Positions 9,385 to 19,710 of a stretch of DNA of 64,000 nucleotides are shown here, piece after piece (the stretch's first letter is position 1; the number at the start of each line of letters is the position of its first letter). Under the pieces are notes generated by a model. The model searched no databases. It was not told where the DNA came from and saw only the letters and a program-made list of their open reading frames with translations. The stretch is taken from contig CAWJPQ010000002.1 of NCBI GenBank assembly GCA_963844825.1, positions 7,094 through 71,093 of the forward strand. Reading direction: 5' to 3'. A program made the translations under genes and the position numbers. Source of the stretch: an uncultured Gammaproteobacteria bacterium. Lineage in GTDB: Bacteria > Pseudomonadota > Gammaproteobacteria > CAWJPQ01.

Positions 9385-9845
9385 TCAGGTCTCATCATCC
9401 TCGCCGTGGGAGGACTTCAGCGCACCGCTGACCTGCTCGGCGGTGAAGCCGCGGGACTGCAGGAACCTGCGCCTGCTTGGCGCGCTCCTCGAAACGCTGC
9501 GGCGGCGCATCGCCGAAGCGCTTGGTCCGCGCGGCGCGGACACGTCCCACCAGTAATCGGCATTGATATCCACGTAGGCGTCTATCAGTCGCATCGACTG
9601 ATGCCGTGCTCGCGCAGGTCGGCCCGGATGCGCAGCGGTCCCCACCCCCGCCTGACCCGTGCTTGATGATAGGCCTCGATATAGCGCTCGTCGCTGAGCA
9701 GCCCCTCCCGTGCCAGCGCATCGGTCAACTCACGACTTCTTCCGGCTCGTGGCCCTTGTCGCACAGCTTGCGGCGCAGCTCCCGGGCGGCGTATTCGCGC
9801 CTTGCCAGGAGCCTCAGCGCCGCGTCACGAACGCCGCCTTTGCCG
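9385..9845 (-). pseudogene. recX: recombination regulator RecX, at least 3 frame changes, start not resolved
   Basis: Pieces lie in different frames: AALRLLARREYAARELRRKL, LTDALAREGLLSDERYIEAYHQARVRRGWGPLRIRADLREHGI, RAARTKRFGDAPPQRFEERAKQAQ and FLQSRGFTAEQV. Position directly after recA is typical. Confidence 0.65.
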
Positions 9846-10898
9846 CTAACCTTGCTTTGCCTCCGCCTGCACCTCTACGGCGTCGGGCGCCTCCTCTCCG
9901 GGCTTGGCGAAGACCTTGGCGCGAATCTTGTCCTCGATCTCTTGGCGAAGTCGCGTGTGTTCCTTGAGGTAATCGCGGACATTTTCGCGCCCCTGGCCGA
10001 TGCGGTTGCCGTCGTAGGAATACCAGGCCCCGGACTTGTCCACGATGCCTTCCTGCACGCCGATGTCGATGATCTCACCCTCGATGGGAGATGCCCTGGG
10101 CGTAGAATGATATCGAAGTTGGCCTGCTTGAACGGCGGCGCCATCTTGTTCTTGACCACCTTGACCTGAGTCTCGTTGCCCACCACCTCTTCGCCCTTCT
10201 TCACGGCGCCCGTGCGGCGGATGTCCAGGCGCACCGAGGCAGTAGAACTTCAGGGCGTTGCCGCCGGTGGTGGTCTCGGGGCTGCCGAACATGACGCCGA
10301 TCTTCATGCGAATCTGGTTGATGAAGACCACCAGGGTGTTGGAGCGCTGAATATTGCCGGTCAGCTTGCGCAGGGCCTGGGACATCAGGCGCGCCTGCAG
10401 GCCCACATGGGAGTCGCCCATCTCGCCCTCGATCTCCGCCCGGGGCGTCAGCGCGGCCACCGAGTCCACCACGACCACGTCCACCGCGCTGGAGCGCACC
10501 AGCATATCGGTGATCTCCAGGGCCTGTTCGCCGGTATCCGGCTGGGAGACCAGCAGGTCATCCACGTTGACGCCGATCTTACGGGCGTAACTGGGGTCCA
10601 GGGCATGCTCGGCATCCACGAAGGCCGCCGTGCCCCCCAGCTTCTGGGCCTCGGCAATCACCTCGAGCGTCAGCGTGGTCTTGCCCGAGGACTCGGGCCC
10701 GAAGATCTCCACGATACGCCCGCGGGGCAGGCCCCCGATGCCCAGGGCAATGTCCAGGCTCAGCGAGCCGGTAGGGATGGCTTCCACATCCCGCACCGCG
10801 CCCGTATCCCCCAGGCGCATGACTGATCCCTTGCCGAACTGGCGTTCGATCTGGCCAAGCGCCGCTGTCAACGCCCGCTTCTTTTGGTCGTCCATCAC
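9846..10898 (-). CDS. recA: recombinase RecA (ORF stays open, but ~50 codons are read out of frame because of about three +1 insertions)
   Basis: Contains [11 protein letters not shown], Walker [11 protein letters not shown] and ...GGNALKFY. The authentic [42 protein letters not shown] then lies in the alternative frame (ORF 9875..10234). The frame returns at [10 protein letters not shown]. Shift sites are near 10241, ~10100 and ~10080. Confidence 0.9.
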   Translation of the reverse strand: MMDDQKKRALTAALGQIERQFGKGSVMRLGDTGAVRDVEAIPTGSLSLDIALGIGGLPRGRIVEIFGPESSGKTTLTLEVIAEAQKLGGTAAFVDAEHALDPSYARKIGVNVDDLLVSQPDTGEQALEITDMLVRSSAVDVVVVDSVAALTPRAEIEGEMGDSHVGLQARLMSQALRKLTGNIQRSNTLVVFINQIRMKIGVMFGSPETTTGGNALKFYCLGAPGHPPHGRREEGRRGGGQRDSGQGGQEQDGAAVQAGQLRYHSTPRASPIEGEIIDIGVQEGIVDKSGAWYSYDGNRIGQGRENVRDYLKEHTRLRQEIEDKIRAKVFAKPGEEAPDAVEVQAEAKQG

Positions 10899-11057
10899 TG
10901 TCTCCTATTTATAAGTACCCTCTGGTAAACGCATCCCTGCTCTCACTACACCTTCTGAGAGTTTCGTATCAGTGCCGCCGCGCGCATACTCCCATGCGCC
11001 CCGACACCGTTAACCCATTATCCCACATAAGAAAGCCTCGGGCCTAGCCTGGATTTG

Positions 11058-11627
11058 CTAGCGCTCTTGTTGATCGCCCGCCAGCGGCCAGGTGCCGATG
11101 ATGCGGTACTCGGCGCCCGTCGAGCGGGTCACCGACGCCACCAGGTGAAAGTGGTTCACGGGCCACTCGATGGGGTCGTCCAGCAGCGGTTCGAACCGCG
11201 GACGCGGCGGGACCTTGCGCAGCACCGTGATATGGGGTTGGAAGGGGCGCTCGTCGAGGGAAAATCCGCACTCGGCCAGGCCCTGCTGCAAGGCGCCGAC
11301 CAGGGCCGACAGGGGCGCGGGGGTCTGCTCGCTGCCGACCCAAAACACCCGGGGCCGGGGCCAGTAACCGACACGCTCCAGGACCAGGGTGAAGGGGGCG
11401 GCCCTGACCTGTCCCGCCGCCCGCTCGGCGCAGGCCCGCTGACGCCCGTCGCTGGCGCCGAGGAAGGCCAGGGTGATGTGCAGATTCTCCGCCGCGACGG
11501 GCCGGCCCCGGTGCTCGGCCGCCGCCCGGTCCCGGACCCGGGTCAGCCGCCGCCTGACGTCCTCGTCCGGCCACAAGGCCAGGAACAGGCGCTGGCGGGG
11601 CGCCGCCTCAGTCTGGGCCGAGGGCAT
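11058..11627 (-). CDS. thpR: RNA 2',3'-cyclic phosphodiesterase (2H phosphoesterase, LigT/ThpR)
   Basis: Two H-x-T motifs (HITLAFLG and HITVLRK). Start chosen at MPSAQTE (ATG 11627), overlapping the end of pncC by 20 nt. Confidence 0.75.
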   Translation of the reverse strand: MPSAQTEAAPRQRLFLALWPDEDVRRRLTRVRDRAAAEHRGRPVAAENLHITLAFLGASDGRQRACAERAAGQVRAAPFTLVLERVGYWPRPRVFWVGSEQTPAPLSALVGALQQGLAECGFSLDERPFQPHITVLRKVPPRPRFEPLLDDPIEWPVNHFHLVASVTRSTGAEYRIIGTWPLAGDQQER

Positions 11628-12120
11628 CCACCACTCCCTGAAGGGCCTCGGCGACGGCCTGGCGCCGGATGGCCTGGCGGTCGCCTTCGAAGCGCCGGGT
11701 AGCGGCCACCGTCGCGCGCCCGGCCACCGCCCAGGCGAAACACACCGTACCCACGGGCTTGTCCGGCGTCCCACCGCCGGGGCCCGCAATACCCGTCACC
11801 GCCACGGCCGCCCCGGCGCGGCTGCGGGAGAAGGCCCCCTCGGCCATCTCCCGGGCGACCGCTTCGCTCACCGCGCCGTGGCGCGCCAGGGTCTGTGGGC
11901 GCACCCCCAGCATGTCGACCTTGGCCTCATTGCTGTAGGTGACGAAGCCGCGGTCGAACCAGGCGGAACTGCCGGCGACGGCGGTCACCGCCTGCCCCAC
12001 CCAGCCGCCGGTGCAGGACTCAGCCGCCGCCAGGCACAATCCGCGCCGGCGCAGCGCCGCGCCGACCCGCTCGGCGAGGGACGCGAGGGCTTGATCATCA
12101 TACTGGTGGGGCGCGCTCAT
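11608..12120 (-). CDS. pncC: nicotinamide-nucleotide amidase, CinA C-terminal domain family
   Basis: LAAAESCTGGWVGQAVTAVAGSSAWFDRGFVTYSNEAK...AVAVTGIAGPGGG. Position upstream of recA is typical. Start at MSAPHQ (ATG 12120). Confidence 0.8.
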   Translation of the reverse strand: MSAPHQYDDQALASLAERVGAALRRRGLCLAAAESCTGGWVGQAVTAVAGSSAWFDRGFVTYSNEAKVDMLGVRPQTLARHGAVSEAVAREMAEGAFSRSRAGAAVAVTGIAGPGGGTPDKPVGTVCFAWAVAGRATVAATRRFEGDRQAIRRQAVAEALQGVVDALGPD

Positions 12121-12275
12121 TGACGGCATCCGCAACGGCGATGTTCGGCCAAGGGTATCACAGCCCTTTGGGGCATGGAGCATGCTATAATTTGCGCCCA
12201 ATCGAATCCTCTGTCACGGGTATGTGGATAAGGGTGCTGGGGCCTGTCCGTGGCTCAACTGTCGGTTCATTATTG

Positions 12276-13154
12276 ATGCCTGTTAACGACCACGTACGCG
12301 GGGCATCCTGCCTGGTTGCCGCGGCGTTGCTGTTTGCCTGCATGGCGGCGCTCATCAAGACCGTCGCGGCCATGCACGTGCCCAACCATACCATTGTCTT
12401 CTTCCGCAATCTGTTCGGGCTCGCGGCCATGCTGCCGTGGCTGGCCCGGCGCGGCATCCCGGCCCTGGGCACCTCCTACCCCTTTCTGCACCTGGCCCGC
12501 GGCATCGCCGGGCTGGTGTCCATGTATTGCTTTTTCTTCGCCATTGCCCACATGCACCTGGCGGATGTGATGGTACTCAACTACACCTCTCCCTTGTTTT
12601 TGCCCCTCCTGGCCCTGTTGTGGCTGGGGGAGCCCGTCACCTCCCGGCTGTGGTTCGCCCTGGGGCTGGGCTTTATGGGTGTGCTTCTGATCCTCAAGCC
12701 GGGCATGTCGATCTTCTCGCCGGCGGCGCTGATCGGGCTGGCCTCGGGCCTGTTCGCGGCCGTGACCATCGTGGTCATCCGGCGCATGGCCGGTGACGAG
12801 CCGAGCACACGCATCGTCTTTTACTACAGCGCCATCGGCACCCTGGGCTCCGGGCTGGCGCTGGCGTGGGGGTGGCAGGCGCCGTCGCCGGTGCAGTTGA
12901 TGCTGCTGCTGCTCACCGGCCTGTGCGCCACCGGCGGGCAGTTGTTCCTCACCCACGGCTACACCCTCGCCGCCGCCGCGCGCATCGGGCCGTTCATGTA
13001 TACGGCGGTGATCTTCGCCGCCGCCCTCGGCTGGCTGCTGTGGCACGAAGTGCCCGGCGGCCTTTCCCTGGCCGGCGCCGCCCTGATCTGCATCGCGGGG
13101 ATACTCGCCGTCCGCCACATGGGTGCGCCGTTGAGCCCCCAGGCACCAAGATAA
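12276..13154 (+). CDS. DMT-superfamily (EamA-like) transporter
   Basis: About 10 hydrophobic segments with two EamA-like halves. Start chosen at MPVNDH (ATG 12276). The longer ORF from 12120 overlaps the divergent pncC start. Confidence 0.7.
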   Translation: MPVNDHVRGASCLVAAALLFACMAALIKTVAAMHVPNHTIVFFRNLFGLAAMLPWLARRGIPALGTSYPFLHLARGIAGLVSMYCFFFAIAHMHLADVMVLNYTSPLFLPLLALLWLGEPVTSRLWFALGLGFMGVLLILKPGMSIFSPAALIGLASGLFAAVTIVVIRRMAGDEPSTRIVFYYSAIGTLGSGLALAWGWQAPSPVQLMLLLLTGLCATGGQLFLTHGYTLAAAARIGPFMYTAVIFAAALGWLLWHEVPGGLSLAGAALICIAGILAVRHMGAPLSPQAPR

Positions 13155-13215
13155 CCCCATCATGGGACACAGCGCGCACAGGGGCGCGGCCCCATGACCA
13201 CTCCCGGGAGCATAC

Positions 13216-14142
13216 GTGAAAGACGCACCTAAACCAGAATCAACATTACAAAAATTATATAACTACATGTTAGATAATTGTTTTGTCTTGCTGCAGCGGC
13301 TGTTGCCGCAGCACGGACTGTCGCGCATCGCCTACCGGGTCTCACGGCTTCAATGGCGCTGGTGGCGGCGGCGCGTCATCGCCTGGTTCATCCGCCGTTA
13401 CGGCGTGGACATGGCGCCGGCCGAGCGCGACAGCTGGGAGGACTTCCCCCACTTCAATGCCTTTTTCACCCGGGCCCTGAAGCCCGGCGCACGCCCCATG
13501 CCCCCCCAACCCGACGCCGTCGTCAGCCCGGCGGACGGCGTCGTATACGAGGTCGGGGGCGCCGACCGCAACCGCTTCATTCAGGCCAAGGGGCGTGACT
13601 ATACCGTGGACAGCCTGCTCGGCGGCGATGAGGCACTCGCGGCGCTGTTCTATGACGGCCCCTATATCACCGTGTATCTGGCGCCCAAGGATTATCACCG
13701 GGTGCACATGCCCCTGGCGGGTCGCCTGCGCATGATGCGTTACATCCCCGGCCGCCTGTTCAGCGTCAACCAAAGGACCACGCGGACCATCCCCGGGCTG
13801 TTCGCCCTCAACGAACGGCTGGTCACGGTGTTCGATACCGAGGCGGGCCCCATGGCCGTGGTCCTGGTAGGGGCCATGCTGGTGTCGGCCATCGAGACGG
13901 TCTGGTCCGACGGCATCATTCGCCCCGGGCAGGGGAACCGGCCGCGGACGTGGGACTATTCGGCCGACGAGCGCCCGCCGACCCTGGCGCGGGGGCAGGA
14001 GATGGGGCGGTTCAATATGGGTTCGACGGTGATCGTGCTGCTGGGCCGGGGACGTGCCTGCTGGACCCAAGAGATAGCCGCGCAACAGGTGGTCCGTGTG
14101 GGCCAGTTGCTGGGCGTGCCGAAGCGGCCCTCACCCGGTTGA
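13216..14142 (+). CDS. psd: phosphatidylserine decarboxylase proenzyme
   Basis: YITVYLAPKDYHRVHMP plus the cleavage-site motif FNMGSTVIVL. The GTG start is uncertain (alternative ATG at 13267). Confidence 0.9.
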   Translation: MKDAPKPESTLQKLYNYMLDNCFVLLQRLLPQHGLSRIAYRVSRLQWRWWRRRVIAWFIRRYGVDMAPAERDSWEDFPHFNAFFTRALKPGARPMPPQPDAVVSPADGVVYEVGGADRNRFIQAKGRDYTVDSLLGGDEALAALFYDGPYITVYLAPKDYHRVHMPLAGRLRMMRYIPGRLFSVNQRTTRTIPGLFALNERLVTVFDTEAGPMAVVLVGAMLVSAIETVWSDGIIRPGQGNRPRTWDYSADERPPTLARGQEMGRFNMGSTVIVLLGRGRACWTQEIAAQQVVRVGQLLGVPKRPSPG

Positions 14143-14170
14143 AGGTGTGGCCAGACTGGGTGACCGATGA

Positions 14171-14500
14171 CTACGGTGCCGAGACGCCTTGGGCGTAACG
14201 TAGAACTTCCTGCAAGGCGCGGAATGAGCCGGCATCGAAATCGCGAAACATGAGCCCAACACCATCACCGGATGCGCGCACCACCTTCGCCTTGAGCTTG
14301 TGCCTGGTACGCCGGTCCGTGGGCCCGACCTTGAAGGTCAGTTCCACCATGGTATCCACCGGTGGCAAGCGGTCCGTCATTTCGAGGAATACCCCGCCCA
14401 TTCCGATATCGCGGGTCGCGCAATCCTCCATATCCTTATCCGCATAGACCACATCCACGTCCAATCTAATCGGTGTACGAGTACTCCAGCGTTGTTCCAT
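14171..14500 (-). CDS. PilZ-domain protein
   Basis: QRWSTR (RxxxR) and DIGMGGVF (D-x-S/G-x-x-G) motifs. ATG at 14500 is preceded by GGTGGGAGGGGG. Confidence 0.7.
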   Translation of the reverse strand: MEQRWSTRTPIRLDVDVVYADKDMEDCATRDIGMGGVFLEMTDRLPPVDTMVELTFKVGPTDRRTRHKLKAKVVRASGDGVGLMFRDFDAGSFRALQEVLRYAQGVSAP

Positions 14501-14821
14501 TACCCCCTCCCACCTTCCTTTGCTGTAGGCCTGCCCGTTTAACACTGCAATAGACTCCACTGATCTGTTGTCCGCACTACCCACTTCGAAATACCCGGCT
14601 CAACCAAACGGGACAACATAAAGTGATTGCAATGTTTATGCCTCCATCTGTGAAGGCTCCGGCAATCTTCCATAGCTCATTGACTTACCAATGAATTGAG
14701 TCGACGCCCGGCGCTCCTAAAAATACCCTTATTGGCGACGAGTGTAAACTTTACCGACAGGGTCGAGCCGGCAACCGTAAAGGGTGATTTTGGGGAAGGA
14801 CACGGTGAGACGGGCCATCGT

Positions 14822-15805
14822 TTACGCCACCTGTACAGGGAAGGCAAGTACGTCGCTCAGGGATGCGGCCTGCACTAGGAGGTAAACCAGGCGATCGACC
14901 CCCATGGCGACCCCGGCACAATCCGGCAGCCCCTGTTCAAGGGCCGCAAGCAAGCGCTCATCCTGTGGGACAAGGGCCCGGCGGGCAAGTTCTCGCTGAC
15001 GGTTGTCTTCCATGAAACGCCGCCGCTGCTCCGCCGGGTCCGCCAACTCATGATAGCCGTTGGCCAGTTCCACGCCCTTGACGAACAGCTCAAAGCGCTC
15101 CGCCACCGCGGGGGCGCCGGGCCGCACCCGCGCCATGGCCGCCTGGGATGCCGGAAAGTCGTAAACGAACGCCGGCCGGTCATGGCCGAGGCGGGGGGTG
15201 ACCAGGTGGCTCATGAGAAATTCGGCGTACAGGTCCCACGCCCCCGCCGACGCCTGGTCCCGCCCGCGGTAGCCGTGATCCCGGGCGCAGGCCCGCAACT
15301 GGGTCACGGTCGCGTCCCTCAAATCCAGGCCGGTGAACCGCTCGAAGACATCGAAGTAGGCATCCCGTTGCGCCGGCCCCGTGCCGAGGATCTCGCCGAG
15401 CAGCGCCTCGACCTCGTCCATCAGGGCGTGATGGTCATAGTCGCAGCGATACCATTCCAGCAGGGTAAACTCGGGGTTGTGCAGGCGCCCCGATTCGTCG
15501 TCACGAAAGACCTTGCAGAGTTGGTAGATGGAACCCGAGCCCGCGGCGAGCAGGCGCTTCATGGCGAACTCCGGCGAGGTGTGCAGATACATGCGCTGCG
15601 CCACACCGCCGCCGACAACGGTCTCGAGGCTGTGCAGGTGGGGGTCGGTAACCGTCGCGGCCGACAGGATCGGCGTCTCCACCTCGAGCACTCCCCGCCG
15701 GGCGAAAAACTCGCGGATACGTGCCAGCAGCGCCGCCCGCGCCCGCAGGTTGCTCAGGGAGGCGCAGGGACGCCAGGCGACGTCACTCCTTGACGCGGGC
15801 GACAT
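14822..15805 (-). CDS. epmA: EF-P--(R)-beta-lysine ligase EpmA (PoxA/GenX)
   Basis: [38 protein letters not shown]... is a class II LysRS-like core. The ATG at 15805 overlaps the last 23 nt of efp. Confidence 0.85.
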   Translation of the reverse strand: MSPASRSDVAWRPCASLSNLRARAALLARIREFFARRGVLEVETPILSAATVTDPHLHSLETVVGGGVAQRMYLHTSPEFAMKRLLAAGSGSIYQLCKVFRDDESGRLHNPEFTLLEWYRCDYDHHALMDEVEALLGEILGTGPAQRDAYFDVFERFTGLDLRDATVTQLRACARDHGYRGRDQASAGAWDLYAEFLMSHLVTPRLGHDRPAFVYDFPASQAAMARVRPGAPAVAERFELFVKGVELANGYHELADPAEQRRRFMEDNRQRELARRALVPQDERLLAALEQGLPDCAGVAMGVDRLVYLLVQAASLSDVLAFPVQVA

Positions 15806-16351
15806 ACTCGCCGCTGCGGGTGTCCACCTTGATGGTCTCGCCGGTCTCGATGAACAGGGGCACACGCACCACGGCGCCCGTCTCCAGGGTGGCCGGCTTG
15901 CCCCCCCGCCGCTGGTGTCGCCCCGCAGGCCCGGGTCCGTCTCGGTCACCTCCAGCACGGCGAACTTGGGCGGCTCGACGATCAGGGGGGTCCCGTTCCA
16001 CAAGGTCACCATGCACGTCTCCTGGCCCTTGAGCCATTTGGCCGAATCGCCCACCAGGTCCGTGGGCGCGGCGTGCTGCTCGAAGGTATCGGGGACCATG
16101 AAGTGCCAGAACTCGCCGTCGTTGTACAGGTATTGCATCTCCACATCGACCACATCGGCGCCCTCCACGGACTCGCCCGACTTGAAGGTGCGGTCGAGGA
16201 TACGGCCGGTCTTCAGGTTACGCAGCTTGACCCGGTTGAAGGCCTGGCCCTTCCCCGGCTTGACGAACTCGTTCTCGACGATCAGGCAGGGATCGCCGTC
16301 GATCATCAGCCGCGTACCGCTCTTAAATTCATTCGTGGTAACAGTTACCAT
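15783..16351 (-). pseudogene. efp: elongation factor P, frameshift in a 7-nt G/C homopolymer (15901..15907)
   Basis: [49 protein letters not shown]...[10 protein letters not shown], then the frame is lost. The C-terminus [38 protein letters not shown] is in ORF 15783..16037. As sequenced, the N-terminal part reads through into the epmA frame (538-aa ORF). Confidence 0.9.
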
Positions 16352-16404
16352 ATGTCCTCTTTCTCTACTGGTTCGCTCTTCCTGGTGGGTTATCGAATCC
16401 CTAT

Positions 16405-17412
16405 ATGATATCGCGAAACGCGCCCGCCCGGCAGCCATCCGGGTGGCAAAGGGCCCTGGCGCAGGCCATCACCGACCCGCTGGAGCTGCTTAATCATCTG
16501 GACCTGCCCCTGGAGCGGTTCCCCTCGCCCCGGCCAAGACCCGGCTTTACCCTGCGCGTGCCCCGGGGCTACGCGGCGCGCATGCGCAAGGGCGACCCGG
16601 ACGATCCCCTGCTGCGTCAGGTGTTGCCCCTGATGGACGAAGACCGCCCTGCGCCGGGCTTTGAGGCCGACCCGGTGGGCGACCTCCACGCCGAACGGCG
16701 CCCCGGCGTGCTGCACAAGTACCAGGGCCGCGTCCTGCTGGTGGCCACCGGGGCCTGCGCCATTCACTGCCGGTACTGTTTCCGCCAGCACTTCCCCTAC
16801 GCCGAATCCAATCCCCTCAAGGGCCACTGGGCGCAGACGCTGGCCGGGATCGCCGCGGATCCGAGCATCGAAGAGGTCATCTTGAGCGGCGGCGACCCCC
16901 TGACCCTGACCGACGACCGCCTCGCCGCCCTGGCCGAGGACCTGTGCGCCGTCCCCCACGTGCGGCGCCTGCGTTTTCACACCCGCCTGCCCATCGTGCT
17001 GCCCGAGCGCATCGACCGGGGCTTCCTGACGTGGCTGGCCGGTCTGCCGGTCAACACCGTCATGGTGGTGCACGCCAACCATGCCAACGAAATCGACGAC
17101 CGGGTGCGCGGCGCGCTTGGGGCACTGAAGACGGCGGGCACCACCCTGCTCAATCAGGCGGTGCTCCTGCGCGGGGTCAATGACCACGGCGACACCCTGC
17201 GCCGGCTCAGCGAGGCGCTCTTTGACGCCGGCGTACTCCCCTATTACCTGCACCTGCTGGACAAGGTCACGGGCACGGCCCACTTCGACGTCCCCGAGGC
17301 CACCGCGGTAAAGCTCCTGGCCGGCCTCAACCGGGCCCTGCCCGGCTATCTGGTGCCGCGCCTGGTGCGCGAGGTCCCGGGGGCCGCCCACAAGGTGATG
17401 CTCTTTCCCTGA
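16405..17412 (+). CDS. epmB: EF-P beta-lysylation protein EpmB (lysine 2,3-aminomutase-like radical SAM)
   Basis: Radical SAM motif [10 protein letters not shown]. The N-terminus [19 protein letters not shown] resembles YjeK. Divergent from efp. Confidence 0.9.
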   Translation: MISRNAPARQPSGWQRALAQAITDPLELLNHLDLPLERFPSPRPRPGFTLRVPRGYAARMRKGDPDDPLLRQVLPLMDEDRPAPGFEADPVGDLHAERRPGVLHKYQGRVLLVATGACAIHCRYCFRQHFPYAESNPLKGHWAQTLAGIAADPSIEEVILSGGDPLTLTDDRLAALAEDLCAVPHVRRLRFHTRLPIVLPERIDRGFLTWLAGLPVNTVMVVHANHANEIDDRVRGALGALKTAGTTLLNQAVLLRGVNDHGDTLRRLSEALFDAGVLPYYLHLLDKVTGTAHFDVPEATAVKLLAGLNRALPGYLVPRLVREVPGAAHKVMLFP

Positions 17413-17630
17413 GGGATCACGCCGAATCCCCTTGCCTCCCCCTCCATCAGGAGACCATTAAACTCTCGCCGACGGGGCCGATATACGGTGTGGGTCCAAC
17501 AGGTATGCGGGCCTACTTCACCGCCGGCCGCCCATGCTGTCCGGTTGCCCGCTGGCGACGGTCTTAATTAATAGATTACCTTAATAATGGCTCGCAATAT
17601 ATTGATATATATACTTACAGGTGTTGTCGC

Positions 17631-19388
17631 GTGACCGCCGGCTCGAATGGGCCGGAGGCCCGCCCACCCCTCCATGCCATCGTTTTCGAGCCATCGGCCA
17701 CCATTTGCAAAGAGATCCAGGAGGCCTTGGCGGCGAGCGGTTACCTCATCAAGGCGATCCAGGTCACCTCCCTGGGGGAATTGGAGGAGGCGCTGGCGGC
17801 CGGTCACTGGGACCTGATCATCGGCTCCTACACCCTGGCGGAGACCGAGCTGACGCAGGTCACTCGATGGCTGGCCGAGCGCGGCGAGCCGACCCCCGTG
17901 GTCCTCGCCGAATACGAGATCAATGCCGCCACCTATGCCAAGGCCCTGCGCGGCGGGGCCCGCCACCTGCTGGGGCTGCACGACCCGGACTGTACCCGCC
18001 TGGTATTCGAGCGTGAGACCGGGCCCGGCGCCGGGGGCGCGCCGTCCGCGGACGCCCCGCCCGCCCCGGTCCACAAGGCCCCGCAGTCCGTCCCCGACGG
18101 CCACAGCCATGCCGGCTCCCATGACCTGCTCACGGGCCTGTACAGTCACCTGTATCTCTTTGACGCCTTTGATGCCGCCGTCGCGGAGCCCCCCGGGGCA
18201 GAGCAATTCAACGCCCTGCTCCATATCAAACTGGATCACTTCGACCACGCCCAGGACCAACTGGGCGAAGCGGGCGGCGACCTCGTCCTCAGCGAGTTCG
18301 CCAACCTCATGCGCGGCGTTATCACGGCCCAGGACACCCCCGCCAGAATTCGGGACGAGACCTTCGCCATCCTGGTCAAAAACCGTTCACGGGACGAGAT
18401 ACGCCAGCTCGCCGCCACCCTGCGGGACCGGGTGCGGGACAACCACTTCATGATCCTGGGACAGGTCTTCAAGGGCTCGTGCAGCATCGGTGTCTGCCTG
18501 TTCGGGGAAGGGAACAATCACCTGGACCACGTGGTCTCCAGGGCCGCCCTCGCCTGCGAGGTCGCCCAAGGAGAAGGCAACGGCCAGATCCACATTTACG
18601 ACCAGACCACGGATGCGGGCCTGCGCGCCGCCATGGAGCACAGTCAGGAGGAACGCCTGCGCGCGGCGCTGAAGGAGGACCGCCTGGCCACGGTCTTTCA
18701 GCCCATCGTCAATCTGCATGCCACCCCCGGAGACAACTACGAGGTGCTGCTGCGCCTGACGGACGAACGCGGACGCGAGGCCCTGCCCGGCGAATTCATG
18801 AGCGCTGCCCATGAGGCCAACCTGTTGCCCGACATCGACCGCTGGGTGATTCGCCACAGCCTGCAAAAGCTCATCGAACGGGAGGCCAAGCGAACCTGCC
18901 TGTTCATTAAGCTCGATCAGCAAACCCTCGCGGACACGACCTTCCTGCCCTGGCTCAGCCAGCAGCTGCGGGACCATGGGGTGCCGGGGGACCGGCTCGT
19001 CTTTGAGGTCAGCGAGGCGGTGGCCGCCAAGCAGGCCGACGCATTCCAGTGGCTGCTGCAGGGGCTGCACGAGGTGCATTGCCTGTGCGTGCTGGAGCAT
19101 GCGGGGCGTACCGCCAACGCCCTCGCCCTGATCAAGCGCCTGGCGGTGGACTACATCAAGATCGACGGGGCCCTGACCCACGACCTGGCCCAGAGCGAGC
19201 TGCACCAGACCCGGGTCAAGTCACTCATTCAACGGGCCAAGGCGGACGGCAAACGGATCATCGTGCCCTTCGTGGAGGATGCCAAGAGCCTGAGCCTGTT
19301 ATGGCGCTGGGACGTGGACTATATTCAGGGCAACTACGTGCAGCGCCCCGAGGCGAAACTGAATTACGTCTTTGACGAGCAGCCGTAA
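17631..19388 (+). CDS. signalling protein: pseudo-receiver, degenerate GGDEF, EAL (EVL) domain
   Basis: GGDEF position reads RDETF (ARIRDETFAILV). EAL-domain motifs are QPIV...YEVLLRL, DRWV, LVFEVSE, DYIKIDG and FVEDA...QGNY. The N-terminal CheY-like fold lacks the acidic pocket (VFEPS, LIIGSY). Confidence 0.85.
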   Translation: MTAGSNGPEARPPLHAIVFEPSATICKEIQEALAASGYLIKAIQVTSLGELEEALAAGHWDLIIGSYTLAETELTQVTRWLAERGEPTPVVLAEYEINAATYAKALRGGARHLLGLHDPDCTRLVFERETGPGAGGAPSADAPPAPVHKAPQSVPDGHSHAGSHDLLTGLYSHLYLFDAFDAAVAEPPGAEQFNALLHIKLDHFDHAQDQLGEAGGDLVLSEFANLMRGVITAQDTPARIRDETFAILVKNRSRDEIRQLAATLRDRVRDNHFMILGQVFKGSCSIGVCLFGEGNNHLDHVVSRAALACEVAQGEGNGQIHIYDQTTDAGLRAAMEHSQEERLRAALKEDRLATVFQPIVNLHATPGDNYEVLLRLTDERGREALPGEFMSAAHEANLLPDIDRWVIRHSLQKLIEREAKRTCLFIKLDQQTLADTTFLPWLSQQLRDHGVPGDRLVFEVSEAVAAKQADAFQWLLQGLHEVHCLCVLEHAGRTANALALIKRLAVDYIKIDGALTHDLAQSELHQTRVKSLIQRAKADGKRIIVPFVEDAKSLSLLWRWDVDYIQGNYVQRPEAKLNYVFDEQP

Positions 19389-19710
19389 GACGCCGCGTGC
19401 TCACGGCTCGCTTTCTCCCCCGCCCGGAAGGCCCTTTCCTTCAGCACCCGGAAAAAGCGCCACGACCTGCCCGCCGCCGGGCACCGGGGCTCGAGGCGGA
19501 TTCTTGTTCGATTGAATGAGGGGGCAAAGCCCGGGCTGAAAGAAAAGGGCAGGAACGTCTGCCATGTCCGCGGTGATTGCGGCGGGCGCCGTCCTGCCCC
19601 GGACTCCCTCGCCTTCTCCTTGCCCGGTTACTTTTCCATATCCCGCGCCCTTGGCCAAGACTCACGGGACAGCGCCGCATCCCTGCGGCCCGCGTCGTCG
19701 GCACCCGGTC

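Noticed and set aside
10899-11057. LexA (SOS) box upstream of recA
   Set aside because: I looked for CTGT-N8-ACAG. Only CTG-N12-CAG (in ACTGATACGAAACTCTCAGAAGG on the minus strand) is present, which has the wrong spacing. No convincing palindrome was found, so no call is made.
14822-16438. 538-aa ORF as a genuine EF-P/EpmA fusion protein
   Set aside because: The junction region ([26 protein letters not shown]...) is out-of-frame EF-P sequence. The authentic EF-P C-terminus is present in the adjacent frame and ends at its own stop. The shift sits in a 7-nt homopolymer.
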